Assembly: GCA_032718475.1 (NCBI GenBank)
Contig: JAUCBJ010002371.1
Coordinates: 1-35,318 of the forward strand
DNA: 35,318 nucleotides
Source: Nemertoderma westbladi
Lineage: Eukaryota; Animalia; Xenacoelomorpha
Direction: 5' to 3'
Positions within the stretch are counted from its first letter, which is position 1. Each line of letters opens with the position of its first letter. The notes beneath the pieces are model-generated. The model was given only the letters and a program-made list of their open reading frames with translations, ran no database searches and was not told where the DNA came from. Both the position numbers and the translations under genes were made by a program. Below are positions 10,961 to 22,220 of the stretch, in pieces.

Positions 10961-13442
10961 TCAGGACCGCAGTCCAGCACTCCGGATTCCGCACTGCAGT
11001 GCATAGCATGGCAGCATGTTAGTTGTTGTTGGTTGGTGATGTGAGTTGTTTATTTTCCCAGTAAGAGCATTTAAATGGTGTTCTATAACTGTCCTGGTGT
11101 TGCGTTCAAGATTAAGCTCTTCTTGCAGGTTAGAGTTCTGCTGCTTGAGTGCGTCAATGTCATTCTCAAGAATACATAGTCTGGTCTGTATTGCAGCTAC
11201 GGTTGAGTTCATATCATTACTGAGTCCTGTCAGAGTGATATCCCCTTCACCTGATGGTGTGGCTTTGCGAAGCCGTTTACGACAAGGTTCTGTAAGAAAT
11301 TGTTCATGTATGCATCTCAGCAGTTCTAGAATGTCAACGGCTAACTCAAAAAGGGATGTATGTGGTTTTAGCTGTAGTTTTACACACTGGACAGGTGACA
11401 TAAGTTTCCTTGCATCTTGCATGAGATTGTCCTGAGTTAACATGTTGACTTCCTATGTTAACTCGGGACAGAGTAGATTGAGATATTATGCGAATTGCTT
11501 CTTTCCTGGGTATTTGAGAGAGTTCGGTAATATGTGCCATATTCTTTGGGTCAAAGGGAGACTTTCCTCTCCGCAGCTTTAGTTTTGTTGAGGTGTATTC
11601 ACTTGGATAATTAAGGGAGTTGGTTTTGAGTGTTAAATCTGGTATTTTGATGTCAGTTATGCATTTTTTAAGCCATGAACGAAGACGAGAACTGCAGGTG
11701 TGTTCAGGTCTCAATGTTAGGTTGCCAGTGGCTAAGGCAAGTGCATAAAGACATAAAAATCCTCCGCAGTCATGGTTGTTGCTTTGGCTGGGGAAGGGAG
11801 AAGTGTTCTTTCTGGCAGTCCATGGGTGGTCCTCCCTTCCCAAGATTCTGTCAATAGTATTGACTATTGAGCAGGTTACATATTTTAACAGAGATTTCAC
11901 TAACTTTCTGTATGGGGCTAATGCTGCAGAGGGTGTATACTGATCGTTCATTAAGATTCGCTACATGTAGAAGAAAATGGGAAGAATGGCAGTCTGGAAA
12001 CACTATTATGGGTTTGGTTGCAATATCACATCTTATAGTGATATATGAAATTGCACTGGCAATGTCGTACTTGTCCTGTCGGAGTTTTAAGCATAAGGCT
12101 GAGTCTATGCAGGACATGTTGGCAACATTTAGCGAGAGAATAGATAAAAAAGAGTCGACGATTGTGGTGCTGAGGTTTACACCAGGCTCAAAGTATGCCC
12201 AGTCAGGGTCATAGGGTTTAAGTAGTGTAAGGCCAGTTGTTCTTGGCTTACGTGTTACAGCATTGATTATATCCTGTTCATTATAGCTATTGTGGTAGTC
12301 TGGGAAAACGTTAATAAATTCGTCCAGCCACTCGACAGTTTCAGAATCCGGTACCTCTCGAACAGTTGATGAGGGTTGGGTGAGACCTGGTGTGCCAATT
12401 GACTGGGGAAGATGGGAGACATCTGTTGCATTGGTTAGTGGAATTGGTGATTCGATAATTTCATGTCGCTAGTAGAGTCTGCATTGTTATGGCAGGTGTT
12501 GGAGTTGTTGCTGGGTACTCCTATAGAGGCAGGTTTTCCCTTACTGTTGTGTCTGATCGGTCCCTTATTGAGGGCTTCCTTATTAACTGGGACTTTGTTA
12601 TTATTTTTCCCTCCCTTTCTTTTTAATGGTGCCTCTTTTGTGGTACATTTCCTAGAATTCATAGCAGGATTCACAGTGTCAATGGGTTTTAAGGTCTTGT
12701 TTACAGGGTACGTGAGCTCTCTAATTGTGGGCTTATCTCTAACTATCCAGCGACCATCAGATGTAAGGTCTTCTACCAAGACTTTGTTTGTGGGCCTGTC
12801 TGTGGTTTGCAGCTCGGGCAACACTTCGTCAATACTCCCCTCTGGTGGGTCCACTGTGCTAGCAGGCCTGTTCGTTACCAGCGTATTGTTGTACTTATTA
12901 GTTGGGGTAGCGGTTGATTGGGTTGGTCGTATGTCGGTGACATTATTAACAATAGAGTGAGTGTGGGGGGGATTATATGTTGATTGACAATGGTGAGATC
13001 TACTGGTTGTATGCATGATAGTATCACCGTATGGGGTGAGGACGTTATAGACTGTGTTTTGAAATAGTGGATCAGTAGGTTGTGAGGTATTAACAAGACA
13101 CACTGGAACATAATTTATAGTAGTTTTTGGGTCAGATGTGGTAACATATATGGGGTGGGAAGGGGGGTTGGAACACAGTCCTGCAGTGAGGTAAGTACAA
13201 GTATTTGTGTGTACTGTAGCATTGTGAAACATTGTATGTGAGACTGGTACAGTGTCATTAACACAAATTGGCACTTGAATATCTGCCTTACTTATATCAT
13301 ATGATTTACAAATTGAACTGTGAATATCTTCAAACCCCAAATCCGATTGCTGGTGCATTCGAGTCATGCACACGGGGTTGTCATCCGCCCCCCACACTCC
13401 CTTATGTATTGGGGTGTACTGGTCTTGCCTATTAAATTCCAA
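10961..13442 (-). pseudogene. Frameshifted ~800-aa ORF: low-complexity N-terminus, Ulp1/C48-like cysteine peptidase, C-terminal coiled coil
   Basis: Consecutive frames give WAYFEPGVNLSTTIVDSFL...IIVFPDCHSSHFLLHVANLNERSVYTLCS...PSQSNNHDCGGFLCLYALAL, then RLCILENDIDALKQQNSNLQEEL. Frameshifts near 12445, 11860 and 11445. Confidence 0.75.
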
Positions 13443-13479
13443 CTCGAAATTATAATTGGTCCGGATGCAGATAAATCTG

Positions 13480-14104
13480 AGTTCGTTGCCCCAGACCCAG
13501 GTGAGCTCGAGATCGTCGCCCCGGATCCAGGTAATCTCGAGATCGACGCCCTAGATCCAAGTAAACTCGAAACTGTCGCCCAGATCCAGGAGAACTCGAA
13601 ACCGTCGCCTCTAGTCCCGATAAACACGAGATCGTTGCCCTAGACCCAGGTGAGCTCGAGATCGTCGCCCAGATCCAGGTAATCTCGAGATCGACGCCCC
13701 AGATCCAAGTAAACTCGAAACTGTCGCCCCAGATCCAGGAGAACTCGAAACCATCGCCTCTAGTCCCGATAAACTCGAGATCGTTGCCCTAGACCCAGGT
13801 GAGCTAGAGATCGTCGCCCCAGATCCAGGTAATCTCGAGATCGACGCCCTAGTTCCAAGTAAACTCGAAACTGTCGCCCCAGATCCAGGAGAACTCGAAA
13901 CCATCGCCTCTAGTCCCGATAAACTCGAGATCGTTGCCATAGACCCAGGTGAGCTAGAGATCGTCGCCCCAGATCCAGGTAATCTCGAGATCGACGCCCT
14001 AGATCCAAGTAAACTCGAAACTGTCGCCCCAGATCCAGGATAACTCGAAACCGTCGCCTCTAGTCCCTATAAACTCCTATAAACTCGGTATCCCTATAAA
14101 CTCG
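13480..14104. repeat. 30-bp minisatellite organised in 120-bp (4x30) higher-order units; resumes at 17498-17530
   Basis: Units such as CCCAGATCCAGGTAATCTCGAGATCGACGC. Lines 13801/13921 and 13861/13981 show the 120-bp period. Confidence 0.95.
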
Positions 14105-16279
14105 CCCCCTAAACAATCAGATTTTTTGCAAAATTTTGAAAATACAATTTTATGTAATCTTAGGTCAGACTGTGAAATATATTTCTTAGGTGATTTTAAT
14201 ATCTGTTACCATCACAAAGCATCCCCCATCTGAAAACAGTACCAAAGTATTTTAAATTTGTTTGGTTTAAAACAAATTATTCGAGATTCTACCAGAATTA
14301 CCAGTAAAACTTCTACTTTACTAGATCACATCCATTGTAATAATACCGATATTATTTCTCAATCTGGGGTTTTACCTATAGGTCTAAGCGATCATTTTAT
14401 AGTTTTTGCACAAGAAAGACACAAAAATCTTTTTTCGGGGATCATAAAACAGTAACAGTTAGGTCTATGAAAAATTACAGCAAGGAACGCTTTTTAAATT
14501 TGTTAGTTAATTCTGACTGGGAACCCTGTTTTAAAGCCGCTGACATTAACCTTGCGTACGCTGTTTTTAAAGATATATTTTTAAAGGCACTTAATACTGT
14601 AGCACCAATTAAACAAATTAGTCTTAAACAACGCACTGAGCCCTGGATGACCTCGGGTATTCTTAGTAATATCAGAGAAAGAGATAACTATTTGTATAAA
14701 TTTAGGAAATACAGTGTTTTAGCTTATTATAATAATTACTGCAAATATAGAAACCTTGTCCAACGGGAAATAAAAAAAGCTAAATCTGAATATTTGTACA
14801 ACAAAATAAGTGAGAATAAAGATAATCCTAAAAGTCTATGGTCTACCCTAAAATCTTTAGGTTATAAAAACCTTAAATCTAAATCGAATATTGTTCTGCA
14901 AGATAACGGTGAGCTGATTCATGATCATACTCTAGTTAGTAATTTATTTAATAATTATTTTACTAATGTTGCCTCTAATTTAGTTAAGAAGTTACCGTTA
15001 TCAAGTAATAAATATAGTATAGGGTCCGAAACTCTAAATAATTTTTATTTAGAAAAGTTACAATATTCAGAAAAGTTATTTTTTAAACCCGTTTCTGAGG
15101 ATTTCGTTTTTCAAAATCTACTTAGCCTATCAGCCTCAAAAAGTACCGGTCTAGACCTAATACCTGCCCGTTTTCTTAAGGATGGTGCTGAAGTACTTAA
15201 AGTGCCTATTGCTTTTATTATTAATTACACTATCGTAGATAATGACCAGACGAACTGAAATTAGCTAAGGTTGTTCCTCTGTATAAAAATAATAGTAAAG
15301 TAGAACCTTGTAATTACAGACCTGTTAGTATCTTAAGTATTGTATCTAAAATTCTAGAACGTTCTGTTTTTCTACAGCTGGAGGCACATCTTAGTAGGCT
15401 AAATCTGATCTATGAACTTCAGTCCGGTTTTCGTAAATCATATTCTACAGACACCTGTCTTATTAACTTAACTGATACAATTAGATGTAATAACGCAAAG
15501 GGTTTATATACTGGTATGGTAATGTTGGACCTACAAAAGGCTTTCGATACTGTAGATCACGAAATTCTGCTTGGTAAGTTAGGCCTGATGGGTGTAGGTT
15601 CTATAGACTGGTTCAAGTCCTACCTGTCAGACAGAGGTCAAACTGTAGTCATTAGCAAATCGCTGTCTACTGTACAAGAGATTACCTGTGGTGTACCGCA
15701 AGGTAGTATATTTGGTCCTCTGCTTTTTGTATGCTATGAAAATGATATGATAAGTAGTATAGATCCCGATTTTAAACTCATTTTATATGCCGACGACAAT
15801 GCTCTTATTTTCTCTCATAAAGATCCTATCCATATTTCCCAAAAGTTAAGTGCAGTTCTAGAATCCTGTAATGAGTGGTTGGTTGATAATAAGCTATCCA
15901 TTCACTACGGTAAGACTGAAAGTATTTTGTTTGGTTCCAAAAGAAAGTTAAAGAAGGTAACTAAGTTTGAAGTCACTAGTAATGGACATAAGGTTGAAAA
16001 TAAAAAGGAAGTTAAATATTTAGGCGCCACATTGGATAACTGCTTATCAGGAGAAAGCACAGTGAAAAATATTTTCTCGAAAGTTAACAGTAGGTTTAGG
16101 TTTCTATACAGAAATAAAAATAGTTTAAACACCGACTCCCGCAAATTACTTTGCTCTTCTTTAATACAGTGTCACATGGACTATGCATGCTCTTCTTGGT
16201 ATGAAGGCTTAACCAAACAGCTTAAATGTAAATTACAAGTAGCTCAGAATAAAGTAGTACGATTTATTAAAGACTAGAA
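14103..16279 (+). pseudogene. ORF2 (partial APE plus reverse transcriptase) of the CR1/L2-group LINE
   Basis: Motifs [49 protein letters not shown] and KYLG. Contains stops and frameshifts. Confidence 0.92.
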
Positions 16280-17302
16280 ACCGAGAGAAAGCCGCCCCAA
16301 TATTAGATTATTACAACAACATATCCATTGGGTAAGAAAGTGGAGTAGAGCCAGCCCGTCTCTTAATTTTTTACTTTATATTACGCGATCAATTTTCACT
16401 CATCTCGTCATGAACCCAACATGTATGTAACCTTTTGTTAAATTTGTTGGCTATGCGTTTGCGGTTGTTTGGGCGGAGTGTGGTAGGCCTACACTTTTCA
16501 CACTTAAATATTCTGGTTGTGAAATGTTACAGGGCATAGCTATCTGAGATATTTCATTTATATTTTATTATGAGAGGAAGAAGAACCTACAACGTTATTT
16601 ACTATATATGTAACAAAATAATTGTTTTCGGGTTTAACTTGGAAGCCTCCCCAAATAGTTGATATACAATTATATTTAAAATTATTTCCATGGTCATGGT
16701 CATTCACCCGTCTTTAGTTAGAAATTTGTTTGCATGAAAGACAGTTTAGTTTAGTTTTTACAGATTTATTATCTCTTATCTGACTGGGGTAATAATAAAG
16801 GATAGGATAAATGGAAGCAAAGTGTGACAGTAACAAATATTTCCCCGTCACCCTAGCATGTCTTAAGTATATGATATATCAAAGGGGAAAGTTTGGATTC
16901 ACTGCATAAATGCAGTTCACCAAATTTCCCCCGAATGCACACTGTAACTTCCCCCTTCCCACAAATATCCAATGTTGAATTAATTTGAAGCGATATAATA
17001 AGTACAAAATTGTGCGAGTTTTTAATTGTGTGGTCCAATTGTTATTTGATTTCTATTTATTATTTAAAGTGCATTTAATATCACACTGGTTTTTAGAATA
17101 TTATACTATACAACCTTATGTTTTATTAATTTACCCAATCGAAGCCTCATAAGGGCCGGTTATTTGTACGCATATCCCCTAATGCGCTCAGTAAGGTTCA
17201 AACAACATATTAATATGAAAATAAAGTATCTGCAAAGAAAAGAACCCAATACTATATAATTTGACCTTATTTAAAAATTTGCACTTTTGCACACTTATTT
17301 GT
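16280..17302 (-). repeat. Inverted copy of 25-1038, replacing the end of LINE ORF2
   Basis: Reverse-complement identity to 25-1038. LINE sequence is present on both sides. Confidence 0.93.
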
Positions 17303-17529
17303 TTTAGGTTAGCGTAGTGTAATATTGTATTTGTAACCAAGTAACATAAAGGACCCCCTTGGAAATAAGCTGCAAAGCTTCAGGGGTAATCCTATATGTT
17401 ATGTTGGACAATACCTTTATACCGGTACATTGTTTGGTGTATTTGTTATTGTTTTTTAAATAATGTATAAATAAATCTATCTATCTAATCTATCTATAAC
17501 TCGAGATCGTTGCCCCAGACCTAGGTGAG

Positions 17530-18002
17530 TTACTAGTAAGGGAGCTGTATACCCTAGGGCTAAATATAACGAGATGAAAGTCCATGACATCATTTAGAAA
17601 GTAATATATAGAACTAATTATTGGTAAATCTAAAAATAGAAATCAATTAATTAATTTAAAATTAAATACAAATAATTAATTAAAATTAAATACAAATTAA
17701 TAAGTATTAATAAATAAAAGAGCCGCGGTGTCACTTATGACACCCTCTTGGGCCTCTAGGCGATGGTTAGACATCACTCATGACCCATTGTGTATCAGGG
17801 CGCTAATCAGTCTGATTAATTAGAATAATCAATTAAACCCTAATTAGGAGTCGTAAGACAGCTATTAGGGATTAAATGTGCTAATTAATTGATGACACCC
17901 GTCAATTAGGGTCTAATTAGCCTAATTGGGGGGTGTCACATTCCTAAGCGATGAGTCATGAGTTGGGTCTAACTGTCACCGAGCCGCCCAAGAGTTTACT
18001 AC
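17530..18002 (-). repeat. Right terminal inverted repeat (uninterrupted)
   Basis: Contiguous reverse-complement counterpart of the two left-TIR pieces. Confidence 0.85.
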
Positions 18003-18096
18003 AAATGGTTATATAATATATAATGAATTAAACTGACTCTGAACCGGCAATACATGCATTGTTTGTTGGATTTTTGGAATCTTAATGTTTTGCTGC

Positions 18097-18530
18097 CACC
18101 CTACGTCTAACTCTACACCCTACGTCTAACTCTACACCCTACGTCTAACTCTACACCCTACGTCTAACTCTACACCCCACGTCTAACTCTACACCCTACG
18201 TCTAACTCTACACCCTACGTCTAACTCTACACCCTACGTCTAACTCTACACCCTACGTCTAACTCTACACCCTACGTCTAACTCTACACCCTACGTCTAA
18301 CTCTACACCCTACGTCTAACTCTACACCCTACATCTAACTCTACACCCTACGTCTAACTCTACACCCTACGTCTAACTCTACACCCTACGTCTAACTCTA
18401 CACCCTACGTCTAACTCTACACCCTACGTCTAACTCTACACCCTACGTCTAACTCTACACCCTACGTCTAACTCTACACCCTACGTCTAACTCTACACCC
18501 TACGTCTAACTCTACACCCTACGTATAACT
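18097..18530. repeat. 19-bp minisatellite (CACCCTACGTCTAACTCTA) x ~23
   Basis: Near-perfect tandem array. Confidence 0.97.
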
Positions 18531-19081
18531 CGGAAACTTTTCTGTGTAATTCACCCTGCGATTCCGAAAACGCCAAATGTCACGAAAATGTGAGAAACAG
18601 GGTAAGAACTAGTGAGTTTATTCCCCACTTAGTTGCCAATTAGATGACTTATTTATTACTGTAAACGTATTCACTACTGTATCTATTTATCTATGTATAT
18701 CGAGTGAATTCCTCCCAGGGCTATAGCTCGTCCGTCAATGAAAGTTATGTTGTTGACTGTGAGTGCTATACTGCCTTCACAGAATCAGTTAAGTTAGCAG
18801 CTGTAGAAACAGTTCCTGTATACCCTCGAAACAGGAAAAGGGCCCCCTGGACTGACCACAAAATTAAGAAGTGCCGAAATGACCTCTATAAGGCGCGGAA
18901 AGAGTCCCGACTCAAACAGACTACAGCGGCCAAGAATCCAGTTAAGGCTGCATCTAGGTCCCTGAATAGGCAGTACTCTGTTAATCTACAGGAGCTAATA
19001 AACCAACAGGTTGATGCCATCAATGATGCTGACGACAGCAGTCAATCATCCCAGGCATGGAAATGGATCAACTTGCTTACT

Positions 19082-20030
19082 CTACTACTACTACTAGGAT
19101 CGGCATGCTGCATTGCAGCTGCATTTTTAAGAATGCTGTGCCGGCTTATCGACAAAATTGCACCGCCACAACTCCCTATCACCCATGACATTTGCTAGAT
19201 CATCCGCATCTTCAAGGCCAGTGTCCTTTAAGATGCGTCTCAAGAAAGTCACGGGCTGTCTACCATGCTTATTCACTCCATGAGGCTGCCAAAGTACAAT
19301 ATTATGCACTGGCTGGTCCTCACGGCGAAAGCAATGTCCTGCAAAGCGGAGGCGATTTTGTTCTAGTGTCAAGCTCGGGGGAACCAATGAGACACCTCCA
19401 ATGTTATATAGTGTCTGGTTGGAGATGTGTGCATTGTACTTGACACAATGAACCCGGCGTAGCATTCTTGTGAATGTGCCATCCAGAGATTTGGTGTCCT
19501 CAGCAGTTAGAGCCCAGCATGGACTCCCATAGAGGAATACTGGAACTACTGCTGCTCTAAATAATCGGACCCTTAAGTTTCCGATTAATTCTCGGTGACT
19601 TCCAAATCCTGGAAAGCCCATTCAAGGTTGCCCATGCCTTTCCCTTACGTATTCGAAGGTCCTCACCTGACTTCCGGATCCATGATCCCAGGTAACAGAA
19701 GTCATCCACATGCTCAAGCATACCATCTTTTGAGCTTATGCTCATCCGATCAGAGACTTGCTGAGGACTTTCAAAGTTAACTGTCAAAATTTTGGTCTTT
19801 CTGGAGTTAATAAAAAGACCAACACTAGAAGCAGCATGTTCTAATGAGCTGAGGAGCCGTTGGGCTCCCTCTAGTGATTCTGAGAGTACTCCTAAGTCAT
19901 CAGCAAAGTCTAGATCAGTTAGGTACTTGGCAGGATTTCCTCGACTTCTGGAGCCAGTAGGTGGAGTTATCATCACCCCATCATCATTATGATGATCTAA
20001 GGACATGCGTAGAACATAGTCAACAACTGC
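19082..20030 (-). mobile_element. 5'-truncated copy of the same RTE family inserted antisense in the + copy
   Basis: Motifs LTDLDFADD, FCYLGS, LYGSPCW and RLRFAGHCFR. (TAG)n tail at 19082-19097. ACTCTACT appears at both junctions (19079-19086, 20035-20042). Confidence 0.9.
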
Positions 20031-20639
20031 GCGGACTCTACTGGACGGAAAAGCCAACCAATTACCAAGGTTAAGGCTGAATAACCAGCCGATCGCCTCA
20101 ATGGTTGGAAGGCCCACTATGAAAAGCTCCTCAATAATGACAGGGTATTGCCTGATAACTTTATAGAAGTAAAAGTGTCTCATTGATCTCGATTGCTACA
20201 AAGCTATACAATAGAATTATACTAAATAGGATCAGGGATCCCATTGAGAGACTGTTACGTTGAGAACCAAAATGGGTTCCGTAAAGGTCGTGGGGGACCA
20301 TGGAGCCCATTTTAGCACTTAGAAGGATAATTGAAGAATTATCAAAAAAGAAAGACAGGCATCTGGCTGTTATCTTTGTTGACTTCTTCAAGGCCTTTGA
20401 CTCAGTCTTTCGCTCACGTATGTTCAGCATACTTTCATTATATGGGATTCCTGATGAAATTATTGCAGCAATCAGATCAGTATACGATGGTTCGACAACA
20501 TTTGTGTCTACTGTTGATGGTGACACAGAACCATTTGAAGTGTTATGGGGCGTCCTCCAGGGAGACACACTTGCACCATTCTGATAATGGAATAATTGTG
20601 GTTGACTATGTTCTACGCATGTCTTTAGATCATCATAAT

Positions 20640-21150
20640 TACGCTGTGCCTATGAAGTTAAATCTAAACTAAACATTATTTATTTGTTTTTATGGACGAC
20701 TGACATTTTTTAATTAATTACTTTCAATTTTAAATTTAATTTTAACTTAAGTACTGGATGTATACACGATTGTTTTTAACATCAATATATTTTAAATCTT
20801 AAAAAGTCCACCATAACAGTTGTTTTTACGGTTTTTTTACTTTTAATTTTAATTCATTATCACTGCCATTATATTCTATTCTGCCATTAATTACTTTTTA
20901 ACTTAACCCGCACTGGAATGCTTGCGATGATCGTTTTTTATTGTTTGTTTTTTACTATATTTTATGATGTTTTTATTGTTGGTTTTTAATTACTACATTA
21001 ATTTAGTTGATTTTTATTTCATAACTATTGGTATTGCAGTCACGAACTATTAATTACTGTGTACTATGTGTTGTCAGCGCCTTAGAGTACGTATATGATG
21101 TAAATTTGGCGCTATATAAATAAATATATATATATTATTATTATTATTAT
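20640..21150 (+). mobile_element. 3' UTR fragment of an L2-like LINE or L2-tailed SINE
   Basis: T-rich body, AGCGCC...GGCGCT stem (21076-21113), ATATAAATAAAT and a (TAT)n tail. It splits RTE codons ...DHHN|DVGV with an ATAAT duplication. Confidence 0.75.
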
Positions 21151-21667
21151 AATGATGTTGGGGTGATGATAACTCCACCTACTGGCTCCAGAAGTCGAGG
21201 AAATCCTGCCTTTGTCCTAAGTTAGCCTTTGCAGGACATTGCTTTCGCCGTGAGGACCAGCCAGTGCATAATCTTGTACGTTTGCAGCCTCATGGAGTGA
21301 ATAAGCACGGTAGACAGCCCATGACTTTCTTGAGACGCATCTTAATGTACACTGGCCTTGAAGATGCGCATGATCTAGCAAATGTCATGGGTGATAGGGA
21401 GTTGTGGCGGCGCAATTTTCTCGACAAGCCGGCACAGCATTCTTAAAAATGCAGTTACAATGCAGCATGCCGATCCTAGTAGTAGCAGAGAAGTATATTA
21501 ATTGCCAAATTTATTACTCTCTCACTCTATCTCGTAATCAAATATTAACTGTTAGTTTGTATAATGTGCTGAATAGCTCTTCCCAGGTGAATCCTATGGG
21601 AATATCTATAAGGTTACTATTCACTGCTATGTTAGGTGGGAGGCCAGCTGATTGAATTGTAAGCACT

Positions 21668-21767
21668 GGGCCGTTCAAATATTTTATAGGTTGATGATAA
21701 TGAATGGGGAGGGACCCAACTAGACTACGTTTGTTTATGGACGGTCTCCTTTATGGACGGAACCTAC
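21668..21767. mobile_element. Possible PIF/Harbinger-type MITE remnant
   Basis: GGGCCGTTCAAATA at the left end and two TTTATGGACGG copies at the right end form an imperfect inverted pair. Confidence 0.4.
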
Positions 21768-21853
21768 AGCACACGCGTATCATAACGGTTCTTTATTTTT
21801 CTCATGTAATTTTGTTGTTCCTATTGTTTATGGTTTTAGTGCCGCTGTTTTAG

Positions 21854-22056
21854 GTGGCGTTTTTTCCGACTCTCCATCAACTGGCCGCCGATAAAAATAC
21901 GAAACCGATGGGTCACCATGGTGATGTGTCGGCGTGCAAGGCCTGTTCCGAGTTCCTGAATAACCAATGGATTCGATTCCAGCAGGAGAAAACCCCCATA
22001 CACAACCGCAGGTACAAGTTACCAGTGACCATAGGGCAGCAGCAGAAGCACTCTAG
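21854..22056 (+). CDS. Host gene coding exon B (Plexus/GSE1-like)
   Basis: Acceptor GTTTTAG|GTG (phase 0) and donor AG|GTAAGT at 22057 (phase 2). Encodes VAFFPTLHQLAADKNTKPMGHHGDVSACKACSEFLNNQWIRFQQEKTPIHNRRYKL. Confidence 0.8.
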
Positions 22057-22116
22057 GTAAGTCAAGATATACTAGAAAAATTCAAATTCCCTCTCCATGC
22101 CAAATTGTTTCTGATT

Positions 22117-22220
22117 AGGGGAGGGGTGTGCCGGATATCCGGCCGACCCGGAATTCCGGCCGGATTTTGACAAAAAATATCCGGCTCCGGCCGGATTTCA
22201 ATTCTTTGTCCGGATTTCCA
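22117..22220 (+). mobile_element. CCGG-rich end of a probable hAT-type MITE
   Basis: AGGGGTGTGCCGG start followed by dense CCGGA/TCCGG subterminal motifs. Similar patches occur at ~1369-1425 and 34548-34606. Confidence 0.45.

Larger units (their letters stand above)
14103..17497 (+). mobile_element. 5'-truncated CR1/L2-group (Crack-like) LINE inserted in the 30-bp array
   Basis: Starts at the RPP motif of APE. 3' UTR spans 17303-17475 with AATAAA and an (ATCT)n tail. The array resumes AACTCGAGATCG. TSD-like TATAAACTCG / TATAACTCG. Confidence 0.9.
3067..18002. mobile_element. Large non-autonomous long-TIR DNA element (Polinton/Maverick-like termini; unclassified), ~6.2 kb after removing two LINE insertions
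   Basis: 3067-3502 plus 8857-8955 is the reverse complement of ~17530-18002. The left end starts AGTAGTA and the right end reads ...TACTAC. Subterminal tandem arrays lie on both sides and there is an internal degenerate ORF. No TSD, integrase or polB found. Confidence 0.65.
18750..21485 (+). mobile_element. Decayed RTE-clade LINE with internal deletions and two nested insertions; (TAG)n tail
   Basis: Four pieces: ...QAWKWINLLT (to ~19081); GRKSQ...WKAHYEKLLN through QNGFR, FVDFFKAFDS and GVLQGDTLAPF (20042-20639); NDVGVMITPP (21150-21210); and FAGHCFR...QHS* plus tail (21229-21485). Confidence 0.9.

Noticed and set aside
11046-12960. Plus-strand ORFs (129, 115 and 165 aa)
   Set aside because: They are antisense shadows of the minus-strand Ulp1-like ORF.
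13320-13940. ORFs with 10-aa repeats (SSSPGSGATI / EIVAPDPG)
   Set aside because: They result from the 30-bp array, are open on both strands and are interrupted by stops. There is no independent coding evidence.
3061-18008. Autonomous Polinton call with 6-bp TSD
   Set aside because: The flanks (TACGTA vs AAATGG) do not match, and no polB, integrase, ATPase or capsid ORF is visible. Only the terminal resemblance is kept.
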